A stretch of 64,000 nt of DNA from positions 229,152 through 293,151 of the forward strand of contig NW_005202176.1 of the NCBI RefSeq assembly GCF_000372725.1, read 5' to 3'. Of the stretch, positions 12,391 through 24,741 are shown in pieces. Position 1 is the stretch's first letter, and each line of letters opens with the position of its first letter. The translations under genes were made by a program, and so were the position numbers. The notes under the pieces are model-generated. The model ran no database searches and was not told the origin of the DNA. It worked only from the letters and a program-made list of their open reading frames with translations. The stretch is from Emiliania huxleyi CCMP1516 (lineage: Eukaryota).

Positions 12391-13015
12391 TCACGCGATT
12401 TCGAAATTTTGTTCTCGTCGGTTTCGGGAAAAAATGCTGTGATAGTGCTAGCACGCGCCAGTCCGCACCTGTGTCGAGCCTGTAGTCTGCTGTCCCGGAG
12501 ACTTCTTTTGGAGTTTTGGTTAAAATATTTTTAGTGCACTTGCCGAGCTTCGTGCCAGTGCGGGGCTGCGCGCCAGTCCCGCGCCTGCCCAAAAAAACCA
12601 GGAAGTGCCTGTCGCGTGAATCGTGTTTGTGCCACGGGTTTTTGTAAAACGTGTGTATCGCGCGCCTTGCGGGGGGGGCGCGGAAAAGAGGAACCTCTTA
12701 GCGCCATCGCCACGGTGCTGCATGCAGCGCCGGGCGACGACGGCTTACCGCCTCCCGGTCCCCCTCGGCACACCTCCGCTGCTCAATGTTTGACGGCTCG
12801 AACCCGTGAAGCTTCCCCGTGCGCGGGTTACCCCGCACACGGGTCAGCCTGCCAGCCACGTATCCACGCAAGCGTGGTCCGCGTGCATGGCATACAGGCG
12901 TCCGCCAGACAGCGCAGAGGCTAGGCGCTCGTAAAATTCTCCTCGCGGCCCCACTCACTGGTGACACTCACACTCGCTCACCGCTCACTCACCGCTCACT
13001 GCTCACGGCAACGCA

Positions 13016-13822
13016 ATGTCCGCCGCTGGCATGGGAGGCGTCATGGAAGGCCTCATTGAGAACAGCGAGAGACCCACCCTTCCAGACCCCGCCTTGATGC
13101 AGCTCGTCGCTGCGTCAGCCTCCCTTCGGCACCTGACTGGCCCGCTGGCGACAGTCACGTGGGAGGAGCTCGCTGCCGACTGCGCGCCGCCGTCCGGAGA
13201 GGTTCGGCTGGTGCGCACCGTCCTCCTGCGCCGGCTCGCTGCTCTCGGCGTGTCGCTGTCTGACCGACAAGCGTTTGCGTCCACATTCTGCGCGCTGCCT
13301 TGTCGGCCTGGAGGAGGGCCAGCGAGACCCACCACGGCTGACTGTGCTGCTGCCGCCTCCGCCGACGCCTCCGCCACCGCAGCACCGCCGGACAGCAAGC
13401 TGCCGGGCGAGGTTTCCGACGCTCTCTCCTGGAACTTTCAGCAACCCCTGCCTGCCGCCGCCACAGCTCCGCTCGAGGAGCAGCCTTACCCGCCGCCGCG
13501 CGGACAGCTCTCGGCGCCACCGCCGGCCCCGCCGTCACAAGACCGTGTCACGGCGGAGGCTGCCCGAGCCCTCTCTGGCTCGCTGAGCAGCCTGTTCGCG
13601 ATGCTTGAGGAGCGCGACGAGGAGTTGAGGAGGCTGCGCGGGCAGCTCGAGCTGAGCCAGCGGCGGGGCCGCAAGCTGCAAGCGCTGCTCAACGAGGCGT
13701 ACGATAAGGAGGCGGCGTCCATCATCGATGCCGCCCTCAAGGGCACGCAGCAGATTCTGACAGCACAGGCGGCTGCCGGCTGCGGCAACGATCGGCCGCT
13801 TGATGCGTTGGACATGCCATAG
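13016..13822 (+). CDS. Hypothetical protein with C-terminal coiled coil
   Basis: 268-aa ATG ORF; LEERDEELRRLRGQLELSQRRGRKLQALL heptads. Confidence 0.6.
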   Translation: MSAAGMGGVMEGLIENSERPTLPDPALMQLVAASASLRHLTGPLATVTWEELAADCAPPSGEVRLVRTVLLRRLAALGVSLSDRQAFASTFCALPCRPGGGPARPTTADCAAAASADASATAAPPDSKLPGEVSDALSWNFQQPLPAAATAPLEEQPYPPPRGQLSAPPPAPPSQDRVTAEAARALSGSLSSLFAMLEERDEELRRLRGQLELSQRRGRKLQALLNEAYDKEAASIIDAALKGTQQILTAQAAAGCGNDRPLDALDMP

Positions 13823-14109
13823 GTAGAGCCGTAGTTGTTGGGGAGCCCCACTGTTGTTCTGTTGTTACTGTTAACACTAGCAACACTGTTAAGCTCCCGT
13901 TTGGCAGGAGGCTACCCCGCGGCGCGCCGCGCTCGGGGGGCTCTGGGGGGCCTCCTTTCTCCCCAGCCCGCTGTCTCCGCCCGCAGCGAGGGGACCGAGC
14001 CCGGTAGCCCGCTAGTCGTCTGCTGTCTGGCCGGTTTTTTTGCGGTATCTTGATGTATCTCTCCATATCTGACCGATCCCGGTAGTGGCCACCGGAAACG
14101 GACTATACG

Positions 14110-14897
14110 CGGCACCCGCGCTCGTAAGAGGTGGCTGGCGCCCTGAGGCGGCATTTGGTGGCGTGGGGAGTGCGGAACGCTACTGGCGGCGTGACAGGGG
14201 GCCTCTCTCGGCTGAGTGTGCCGCCCATCGGCACGCGGGTGCGCAGACGACATCGCGACTCTGCCCGCTCGCTCGACCCTTTTGCCGCTAGAGGGCGCCG
14301 GCCGCGTGTAAGAGGTGGCTGGCGCCCTGAGGCGGCATTTGGTGGCGTGGGGAGTGCGGAACGCTACTGGCGGCGTGACAGGGCCTCTCTCAGCGGAGTG
14401 TGCCGCCCATCGGCACGCGGGTGCGCAGACATCGCGCGACTCTGCCCGCTCGCTCGACCCTTTTGCCGCTAGAGGGCGCCGGCCGCGTGTAAGAGGTGGC
14501 TGGCGCCCTGAGGCGGCATTTGGTGGCGTGGGGAGTGCGGAACGCTACTGGCGGCGTGACAGGGCCTCTCTCAGCGGAGTGTGCCGCCCATCGGCACGCG
14601 GGTGCGCAGACATCGCGCGACTCTGCCCGCTCGCTCGACCCTTTTGCCGCTAGAGGGCGCCGGCCGCGTGTAAGAGGTGGCTGGCGCCCTGAGGCGGCAT
14701 TTGGTGGCGTGGGGAGTGCGGAACGCTACCGGCGGCGTGACAGGGCCTCTCTCGGTTGCGTGTGCCGCCCATCGGCACGCGGGTGCGCGGGTGCGCAGAC
14801 ATCGCGACTCTCCCGCTCGCTTGACCCTTTTGCCGCGAGAGGGCGCCGGCCGGGTGTAAGAGGTGGCTGGCACCCTGAGGCGGCATTTGGTGGGGTC
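14110..14897. repeat. ~181-bp tandem satellite, ~4.3 copies
   Basis: GTAAGAGGTGGCTGGCGCCCTGAGGCGGCATTTGG recurs at ~14124, 14308, 14489, 14670, 14856. Confidence 0.95.
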
Positions 14898-14984
14898 GGC
14901 GTGCGGGGCTGAGTCTTACTCGTCGGCGCTGGGGCCAGATTCCAGCGCAGAACTCTGCAACGCTGGCATATAGACCCAACAAGA

Positions 14985-15257
14985 CTAACCCTAACCCTAA
15001 CTAACCCTAACCCTAGCCCTAGCCCTAACACCCTAACCCTAACACCCTAACCCTAACCCTAGGTCAGCGTACGGGGCTGAGTCTTACTCGTCGGCGCTGG
15101 GGCCAGACCCCAGCGCAGAACCCTGCAACGCTGGCATATACAGACACAACAAGACTAATTTTAACCCTAACCCTAACCCTAACCCTAACCCTAACCCTAA
15201 CCCTAACCCGAACCCGAACCCGAACCCGAACCCGAACCCGAACCCGAACCCGAACCC
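14985..15257. repeat. Interstitial telomeric repeats (CCCTAA)n with CCCGAA variants, two blocks
   Basis: Arrays at ~14985-15061 and ~15162-15257, each preceded by the same ~90-bp unit. Confidence 0.93.
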
Positions 15258-15782
15258 GACCGGACCTGTGGACCGGACCCCTAACTCCACACCGCAAATT
15301 TGAAAGATCTTGATGAAAATCAGGGGCCCGACCGCAAATTTCTCCAAAATTTTCGCAGGCGCTCCGCGCCTGCAGATTTTGATTTTGAAAGAAATTAAGT
15401 AAAATTGCCTATTAAATTGGGGGCTGGGCCAAGCGCTCTCTGCGCGCTCTCTAGAGTACCCCTGCCGCGCCTCGCCGCCGCCTCGGCCTGCGAGTGCGAC
15501 GCGCGGACGGTGTAAACTGTATTATCACTTATCAGTCACCTTTGCCACCGTCGCGCAACCATACGCTTTAACCCTTTATCCCCCTCATCCGCCCCCGCGG
15601 ATCCGGAATTGCGACACGCCGACGGGTGGCATAAGGTGACTGATAGTGGTACACACCGTCGCAGCCTCTGGCTCACAACTCGATCAATACAGAATAGCAA
15701 AACACACACACCACAAACCTGAACGGGCACACACCAGCGTCTGCCCCACGGACGACGGAGATACCGCGCCGGCAACCACGCG

Positions 15783-15783
<1 letters not shown>

Positions 15784-15868
<85 letters not shown>
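15784..15868. repeat. (CA)n microsatellite
   Basis: ~42 CA units. Confidence 0.97.
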
Positions 15869-15870
<2 letters not shown>

Positions 15871-15933
15871 ACACATGCCAGAACATCTCACGAAAACGTC
15901 CGTCAGGGGCCACGCCGGCTTCTGGGCCGCGGC

Positions 15934-18900
15934 TCAGTAGCGGATGCCGAGGCAGCACCACTGGTAGCAGTCGTACCTACAGCAAAAAGGCCTCCCGGGA
16001 TCACACCCGCTGCAGTGGCGAGCACGCACCCGCACGCGCAGAGACGCACGTGCGCGTGCGCCAGTGGTCGAGGGACTCGGAGACGAGGCTCGCGGCGAAC
16101 CGCGCCGCCTGCACCTCCGAGTCGTGCGGCCGGAAGCGCTGACGCATCGCGTCGATCGACGCCTCCCCGGCGCGGAAGCAAGGCAGCGAGCCGCCGGTGG
16201 CGTGGTAGGCGGCGGCGACGGAGAGGAGGAGCTCCTCGCGGTGGCGGCGCGCCTCGAGGTAGCCGCGCACGACGAGCAGCCGAAAGTAGGCGAACCACGG
16301 CGACGACGCGCCGCCCATCACCTCGACCCACTCGCGCGTGAGCTTGAAGGGCGCAGACTCGAAGCCGATGTTTTTGCCGGGCGAGTTGGAGAGGAGGAAG
16401 CCAAAGTCGATGTGGACGACGGAGCCGTCGGCGCGCAGCAGGATGTTGCCGTTGTGCCGGTCCTTGATCTGGAGGAGGTAGCACGCGACAGAGTACGCGG
16501 CGCTGGACTGCACGAAGTTGCGCCGGGCGGCATAGAAGGCGCGCGAGGAGGGGCCGCCGTAGCGCGCGCGGAAGAAGGCGGCGAGCGAGGAGAAGGAGGC
16601 GGTCTTGCAGATGCCGTCGAGCGACTTTGCGTCGGGGACGACCTCGATGAGCCCGGCGGTGGCCGAGGTTGCGAGGATCGTGTACGGGAAGAGGCGGAGC
16701 GGCATGCGCGCGCTGCTCCAGACGCGGCCGAGCTGGGCGATGAAGGAGACGGCGAGCTGCTCCTGCGAGGCGGCGGGGGCGGAGGGGGCGGGGTGGGGAG
16801 CGGGCGAGGAGAGGCGACGGACGCGCGGGCGGAGCAGCCGCTCCTGCAGAAGCTCGTCGTCCGCCTTGACGATCATCGCAAAGAGGCGCCAGCCTGGCTC
16901 ACCGCCCCGCGGCGACGCAGCGCGCAGCCGGTCGACCCGCTGCGACCAGAGCTCGCCGAAGCCCTCCTCTGGGGAGTAGGCGCCAAGCCCAAGCCCGCCG
17001 CCCTCCTCCTCGCCGCTGTGCGGGCTGCCTTGCTCGTCGACGCCTCCCGCTGGCGGGGGGGGCGGGGGCCGCGCGTCGCCGTGCGGGCCGGCGGCCGGCG
17101 GCAGGGCGTGAGAGGAGCTTCCGGCGAAGCCGGGCAGCGGCGCCATGGCGGTCGGCGAGAGTTCGTCAGAGTCGGAGAGGAGGGAGACCTGGAGGAGAGG
17201 GGCGGGGCGAGGGGGCGATCGGAGGGGATCAGAAAGGGGGGGGGGGGGGGGCGGAGGCGGTCTTGGGGGCCGGGGGGGAGGGAAGGGGAGGGGAGGGAGG
17301 AGGCGCCTTGAGCTGCTTCTCGCTCAGCTTGAGCCGAGGAGGAACTCCTCGCCGCCGCCCCGACCCGCTGCCGCTGCCGCTGCCGGCGTCGGCCGCCGAT
17401 GCGCCCGCCGAGGCAGCGGGCCACGCCCCCGCGGCAGGCGCCGGCAGCCCGGAAAGGATCGGCTCCAGGCGCGGAGGCTCCAAAGCGCTCGACGAAGCGG
17501 CTGCCGCATCACCGCGCTCTCCGGCGCCCTCCCCGCTTGCTGCACCGCCGTGGTTCGCGCTGGAGGTGGCCGCCGCCTGGCCGCCCGTGCCGCCGCTGCC
17601 GACAGCGCGCAGCCCCTTTCCGCTGTTGGAGTGGTGGCGGCGCCGGCGCTGCCGCTCGGCGTCCGAATCAGACCACGGCTGTCTCTGCTGCCGGCGCAGC
17701 AACCGACGCTCGCCGTGAGAGCCGGCGTCGGTCCTCGCCGGAGAGAGCGCCGGCAGCTGCAGTGGCAGAGCGTCGCCGCCGCGGCGAGCCAAGGACAGCT
17801 CGTTCTGCAGGTCGGCGTCCGACGACTGCGTCTCAGAGTCGGACGCCTCGCCCGGCAATCGGGCGTGGCGCGCCCCGCCGCCACCGCACCCGGCAAAGCC
17901 GCGCCCGTCGGAGCCGACCGCGGTGAAGACCTCGCCCAACCGCTCCGTGAGGCGCCGCAGAGGGTACGACGCCGCGCGCGTCTCGAGCCGCTGCCCGTGA
18001 GACACGACCGCCTCTGCCGACCGGCCGCGCGCGTAGCTGCTCGAGCTGCTCGGGCCGTCGTAGCTTGGCCCGTCGGAGCTCAACGCGAGCTCGAGCGGCT
18101 CGCAGCTGGAGGCGCCGGCCGACGCCTCGCCAAAGTCCTCCAGCGGCGCCTCGCTTGGCGCCAGGTCGCACGAGTTCGCCCCTCCCGGAAGAAGCGCGGC
18201 CACAGCCTCCCTGCCAGCCGCGCCGCTGCGTCGCCGCCGCTGCCGCCGCGCCGCCGCCGCCCGCCCCAAGCCGGCGGCGCGGCTGTCGGCGCCGGCGCGC
18301 GGCGTCCCCCTGTCTCGCGCCTCTCCAACTGCGGCGAGGGCGCGCCCCGCCACCTGCTTCGTCACCTCAGCGGCCGCGGAAGCGAAGCGCGATCCGGCGG
18401 CCGCCGCGCGCTGCGCCGTCGTCGTCGCGGCGAGGCGGTGCGCGCCCTGCGCCGCCTTCTCGGCCAGGTGTGAGGCCCGCCGGAGCAGCGCGCCGCGCGG
18501 CGTGGGCGACTGCTCCTCGCTGCCCGGCTCGCAGAGCAGCTCCACAAAGACGAGGTACGGCGCGCGCTCCTTTGTCGAGAGCACGACCGCCTATTCACGG
18601 CGTGCGCTGTGAAGAGACGCCGCTCCCGCGCGCCTGCATCCTCTGCCGCGAGGAATGAGGGGCCTCGTCCTCGACGAAGCGGAGCACCTTGTGCGGCGGG
18701 TCCGAGGCGGGGAGGAGCGGGATGAAGGGCGACCACCCGCCCGGCTGGGCGGCGCGCTCGCGCAGTTCCTCATTGAGTCTCGCCAGCTCGTCCTTGAGTG
18801 CTCCGGCGCGCAGGGGGCGGTCGAAGTGCTTGAGCCGCTCGGCGACACCGGTGAGGTCGGCGACGAAAGCGAGCTGCTCCGCAAAGGCCTGGCGAGCAGG

Positions 18901-19218
18901 GAGAGGGGTTCAGGTGAGGGGACGGGCGGCGGCCGATCGGTGGGAGAGACCCCCCCCGCCCCCCCAAAGCACAGCTTCAGCCGGAGGTGAACCTGTGTTT
19001 GGCTGATCATGAGTCTAAGACTCTGTTTATCGGCTGCGCGCGCCTCAGCTCGCTCATCGTCGGTCGCCCCTCTACTCACCCCGCTCTCCGTCCGCCGCCC
19101 GACAGCCGAGCAAGCGCCCACGGAGCTCACGCCGCCGTCCGACTCATCCGACGCAGCGCCACCGCCGTCGTCTCCCCCCCCGCCGCCGCCGCCGCCGCCC
19201 CCCTCCCCGCCCCCGCCC

Positions 19219-19266
<48 letters not shown>

Positions 19267-21290
19267 AGCGAGGAGACGTCTCGGATCAGGCCGGCGGCGT
19301 GGCAGACTCGGAGGCGGAGCGCGCCGGCGTAGTCTGCCCGCGCGGCGGCGTGCGCCAGCGCCTGCTGCTGCGACGCGTGCTGCTGCGAGCCACCCACCCC
19401 CCCGAGCGAGGGGCGGCGCGAGTGGCCGTGTCCTCCCCCGGACGGCGTGGCCGGCCTCGAGCCCGGCCTCGAGCCCGGCCTAAGGTGATGTCCCGGACAT
19501 GTCATGGACGTGTCCCGGACATGCCTCGATCCAGCCCTCGAGCCCGGCCGGCTCCGCGAGGAATGGCCGGCGGGCTGGTCGCAAGAGGGGCCGCCGGCCG
19601 CGTCGAGCGCGCGGCCGGCGGTCGCCGCCCTCCGGATCGGGGAGGGGAGGGACACCTTGCGGCGCGGCAGCTGCGGCACGGCCGAGGCAGGCAGCTGCGG
19701 CACGGCCGAGGCAGGCAGCTGCGGCACGGCCGAGGCAGGCAGCTCCTCCATAGACATGACGCGGCCTCGCTCTTGCGCCTCGGGGGCGGAGGCTGGTCCG
19801 GCGTGGTGCGGCAGCAGCGGCTGCAGCTGCGACGGCGCCGCGACGACAGGGACGGGGACGGGCGCAGGGAGCGGGCCCGGCGAAGGAGCGGGCTCCCCCC
19901 CCTCCGCTCCAAACGCCGGCGGCGTCGACGGGGCAGCAAGCGGCGGCACTCCGAGCGGCGGGGTGCCCGGAGCCGGGACAGCGGCCGCCAAGTTGTGCTG
20001 GCCCTCCCCCCGCTCGCCCCCCCCCTCCTCCGTCGCCCCTGCCGCGGCTGCCGCCCCCCCGCCCCCCGCCCCGCCCCCCGCCCCGCCCCCCGCCTCTGAG
20101 GCGGAGACGGCGTCGCTCATGTTGCTGCTGAAGCGGCCCGGCGCCGAGACGCCCTCGCCACCCTCCCCCTCGCCCCCCTCCCCCTTCTCCGCCCGCGGCA
20201 GCTCCGTCCCGGCGGCCAGCGCCGCCTCTTCGTCCTCGTGCGCCGACACCGCCGCAGCCATCAGCGCGCGCGCGCGTGGAGAGGCGAGCTGCAGCAGCGA
20301 CGGCGCAGACACGACCCGCTGCACGCCGGGCGGAGAGAAGGCGGAGGAGGAGGCGGGGCCGCCCGCGCCGGGCTGCGCAAGCAGCAGCCAGTAGAGCTGC
20401 AGCGCGAACCGCGGCGAGCCGCCGCAGAAGCGCAGCAGCGTCGCCTGCGAGGAAAAGAGGCGGCGGGGCGGAGCGGTGAGGAGGAAGGGCGGACGGCGGT
20501 GGGCAGCAGCTGGCGGCGGCTCCTCGAGCGACGCGGCGGCGGCGCGCGCGAGCCGTTCAGCGTCGGCGGCACGCCTGCCGCCCGGCGGGAGGTGTCATGG
20601 GGGGGGGGGGGGGAGACGGGAGGGGTAGCGGTCCCAAGGCGGAGGCCGAGGGCCATGCGGCGCGTCTCTTTAGCGGCTGGGCGGCGCGCGCCCGTCCGAC
20701 GAGGGAGGCGGCGGGAGCGGCGCGGGGCGCGGCGAGTGGCCGAGCATCCCCGAGGCGGCGTGCGGGTGCGCGGTCCCGTCCACCGCAGCGGACGCGTGGT
20801 GCACAATCAGAAAGCCCGCCAGCTGAGGCAGGATCGCAAAGAGCGCCGCCGGCTGCGCCGCCATCAGCCGCACGAGCCGCCCGCCGACGTCGGCGTGCAT
20901 CGGGTCGAACTCTCCGCCCCACAGCTGCGCCACAATCGCGTGCGCCTCTGCCCACACGCCGCTCCGCCTCAGCCCAACGCCGCTGCCGCGCCCACCGCCA
21001 CCTCCGCCGCCGGGAGGGCTCGGCCCGCCTCCGGTGAGGCCGAGGGCGGTGGAGGAGTAGCCCGCGGCGGGTGGCGGAGGGCCGGTAGGACTGGTGGCGC
21101 CGGCGACCCACCCGCGGATCGTCGACATCGCCGGTGATCCCAGAGGCCACGCCTCTGACGACTCGGCCTCACCGCTCGCGCCTCGCCTCCGGCGCGCCAG
21201 CGGAGCGAGCATCGGACGGGAGGCTGAGAGCGGCAGCGGCCCCTCATCGTCTGCGTCGGCAGGCTGGAGCGGCGGAGTGGGAGCGATCAT
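15934..21290 (-). CDS. PI4K: Phosphatidylinositol 4-kinase (PI4KIII-beta/Pik1-like), multi-exon with long low-complexity inserts
   Basis: ILPQL..FALQLYWLL helical domain; LSTKERAPYLVFVE; IVKADDELLQEQLA; LLQIKDRHNGNILL..HIDFGF..FESAPFKLT; ends YDCYQWCCLGIRY*. Confidence 0.93.
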
Positions 21291-22087
21291 GTCGCGGCCG
21301 CCGGAGGCTCGAAACCTGTGGCGCTGTGGCGCGGGGCGAGTTCCGTCGCGGGTCGAGCGGAGAAGAATTCGCTGTCGGGCCTGCTTGCGAGCTGATGCTT
21401 CACTCATGCTTCGGTGTGAATCACGCCCGCTGTGAACGGAGTTGCTCTTTGAGACCAAGTGCGCTAAATAGAGCATAAAAATACCTTTCAGACGGTACCT
21501 TTATGTCCTCCAGAGTCGAAGAACTCGACCGGTGCGCGGTGGCTGGCCGCCAAAGTGGCTGGACGGCGCCGCGGCGCACACTGGTGAGCCGCGGAGCACA
21601 CTGAGGGAGCTGTCCTCGGCGCAGCCGATCGGCTCCCGCGGCCTGGGTGGTGGCAGTGGCACTCTCTGAGGCTCCCTGATTTTTTCTGGTATTTGTTGAG
21701 CACTCTCTGGTCACCTTCGCCGGGCGAGCCTGGCTCTCGCTGCGCAGCGGCGCGACCCGCGGTGAGGCTACCGATCTTCGAACTGGGCTTAGTACTCAGT
21801 CAAGATATTGTGCATATGGTCGGTCTCTACAATATCTTGACTGAGCACCACCGATGAATCGGCAGCAGGGAGACAGGAAGGCTCGCTGTGTGAGTCGGCC
21901 ACGCAGAGGGTCGGAACCTGCGTCGCAAGAGGATAAATAAATAAATAGACCAGCCAACCCCTGGTGGGAGTAGGGCAGCAACCCGACGGGCAGACCCGCC
22001 CGCTCGGAGGGCGTGCACCACACAGCACACAGACTTATCTAGGCACTGCACGGCTCCTCGGGATTTCTGGGGAGCTGGGACGTGTGT

Positions 22088-22152
22088 GAGAGAGAGATTT
22101 TTAGCAATACCAAACAACTCTAACACTCACACGTAATTTGGGGCCTGGTTTT
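22088..22152 (-). mobile_element. Short retroelement 3' end with (TC)n tail
   Basis: Reverse complement of CCAGGCCCCAAAT..ACGTGTGAGTGTTAGAGTTGTTTGGTATTGCTAAAAATCTCTCTCTC seen at 48643-48710. Confidence 0.6.
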
Positions 22153-22458
22153 GTTGTGTGTGTGCGTGCGAGCGTGCGACGTGATCCGAGGACTTCCCGA
22201 AGTTTTTGCGCAGCGGCGCCGCCAGGTGGCCGCGAAAAAAAAGAAATTTGCCGCACTACCTGATGTATTGAGAAGAAAATACGGTACAACCCCGGGCCCG
22301 AAATCGTATAGACAGTCACCAACACGGGGTCCACAGCGGAGTCCGCTCGGAACTCTCCAAGGCGCAGAAAAACAAACACCAGCGCCCCGTGTCATGATAG
22401 CTCCGTCGGCCAAGCAAGCGTCTGACCCCCACCGCCCTGCACTGCTTGCCAGCCGCTG

Positions 22459-24143
22459 ATGAAAAAGGTTCAGAAGGCGGTCGGGTTCAAAACGCCTTCG
22501 GGGCCTATGCGCTTCACCGACGAGGACAAGATGGAGGCGCACGGACCACCATTTCCCAAGAAGTCTGCCGAGGCGACGCTGGCACGGCTGCGCAAATTGC
22601 CCGGCAACAAGCTGTGCGGCACGTGCCGCACGCCCTCGACGAACCGCGGCGGTTTCGCCGACGTCGTGTTGACGTATCGCATTTTTGTTTGCCGAGACTG
22701 CCGGGAGTCGCACGGTGTCGCGGGGCACGAGGTCAGGACCGCCGAGCGACTTGCCAAACTGGACGTCCGGGCCAGCCTGACGCCGTACGAGGTGGAGGCG
22801 CTAGCGCGGGGCGGCAACGAGGTCAACGTCGCCACCACCTTTGCGTTGCTACCCGCCACGTCGTTCGAGTGGCCGACCAAAAGGACTGCGTCGTCGGTCG
22901 CAGAACGCACACCGCAACACTTTCTCTCTCGGCTGCCTCTGGCTCAGATCTTCGCGCCCCCATAGGAGCGCGACCAGTTTGTCCGGGCAGCCTATGGGGA
23001 GAAGAAATGGGCCTCTCGCGAGGACACGCCGGAGGAAGCGCCGCCGGAGCCGGCGCCCGCGCCCGCGCCTACACCGGCCGCTCGGTACGACTCGCGCGGG
23101 GCAGCCATGCGCCTCCCCGGTGCCCCCGGGTACGTGCCGCCGCCTCCGGCGGCGGCGTCGGCGGCGCCCGCCGTCGCTGTCGCCGCCACTGTCAGCCTGC
23201 TTGATGCTGCGGGGGCTCCGGAATCACCTCCTCCTCCCTCAGCCGAGTCCGAGCTGGTCGACCTGTTCGCCGCGCCCGCCGGGCCAGCCGCCGCGTCGGT
23301 TGCTGGCAGCGAGATGTCCGCCGCCGATTCCTTTGGAGCTGTGGGCAGTGCTGGCGCGATCGACTCGCCCTGGGTGCCGTCCGACGCGGAGCTCTCCTCG
23401 CCATTCGCAGCGGGTTTGCCGATGCCGGAGGCGGAGGCGGAGGCGGCACACCTGGGCTTCCGCAACCTCGCCTTGACCTCGGACGGCGGTGACTCCGGCG
23501 CGGGCATGAATGCGGAGCCCACTTACGCCTCCGTGCGCTCCCCCCCCCCCCCCCCGCGCGCGCGCGCGCGGACATTGCGTCGCCCATTCACGGGAGGATG
23601 CGGCGGACGAGTAGGCCCCGATAGCGGCAATGACGTTTGCTGACGCGCTCCTCGAGAGCGCAATGAATGGGACGGTGGCCGCGCCCGCCAATGCGCCCGC
23701 CGCAGCAGTCGACTCTGACGCGGCGCCTCCGCCGCCCGCCGCCATGGGCACGGGGTGAAGCGCTCGCACAGACGTTGGCGCCGCAAGCGCCACCAACAGA
23801 TTTCCCGCTCACGCACGTGTGCCTTGTGCGTGTATAGGAGCGGCCTCGGCATAGGCTGGAGCGCCCCGCGCCCTCTCGTGTCGCCGCCGAAGCCGTTGGC
23901 GTCGCCATTCTACCCGCAAAACGCCGGCCGCCCGTCCATGCCAGTGCCGCAAGCCGGCATCGCTGGGGTAGGAGGGTTCGCGGTGAGCGGAGGGGGCGTG
24001 CCGCCTCGCTACGTGCGCGGTATCGACAACAACACCGCGGCCGACCCAGCTTTGCTGCAGCCTCAACGCATGGCGACTAAAGGCGCGCCGTCGTGGCATT
24101 ACCCACCGCCCGGCCGGCCTGACTCGCTTCTCCGACATTCTTG
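22459..24143 (+). CDS. ArfGAP-domain protein (multi-exon; 3' end approximate)
   Basis: LRKLPGNKLCGTC...IFVCRDCRESH...EVEALARGGNE...ERDQFVRAAYGEKKW, then a Pro/Ala-rich tail. Confidence 0.75.
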
Positions 24144-24741
24144 AACGTTTAGTATGCGCCGGCAGGCGACATCATGTCTATGTACGCGCAGAGCGCTCCG
24201 CCGCCAGCCCCAGCCCACGCGCTGCTCGGCGTGATACCGGCGGCCTCGTGCGGGATGCGGGTCGGGCCAAGCGGTTGAGCGGGGCTTAGTGGGAGAAGCT
24301 ACTCCTTTGCAGTCGTTTCGCCCGACCATGTGCCGTTGGGGGTAGGTCCCGCATGCGCCGCTCCTTGGACCGCGATGGCAGGCGGCGGCGGCGGCGCTGG
24401 AGGTGGCAGCGGTGGCGACGCGCCCGCTCTGCCCCTCCTCCTGCCAACGAAGGTGCAACACCAGTAGTACCCGAAGACTTAGTCGACACCGCTCAGTGTC
24501 TCGAGCTCAGTGTCTGCCCTATGCCAGGCGCCGAGCAAGGCGGACATCATGGCAAAATTTGGGTAGAGGCTTTGCGCCGCGCATGAGGCTTTGCACCACG
24601 TGACCTACCGAGTTGAGACGCGTTGGATATGGTACCGTGGGAATTCGGCGGGCGGCGTGGCCGCGCTCGCCGCCTTTTCCACTGATCTCCCCGAACTGAG
24701 GCGCGAGATGATTTTCTAATCCCGGAGATGGTCTACCTGTG

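Noticed and set aside
14110..14897. CRISPR array or hammerhead-ribozyme repeat
   Set aside because: Units are head-to-tail with no unique spacers; no CUGAnGA/GAAA core found on either strand; no cas genes
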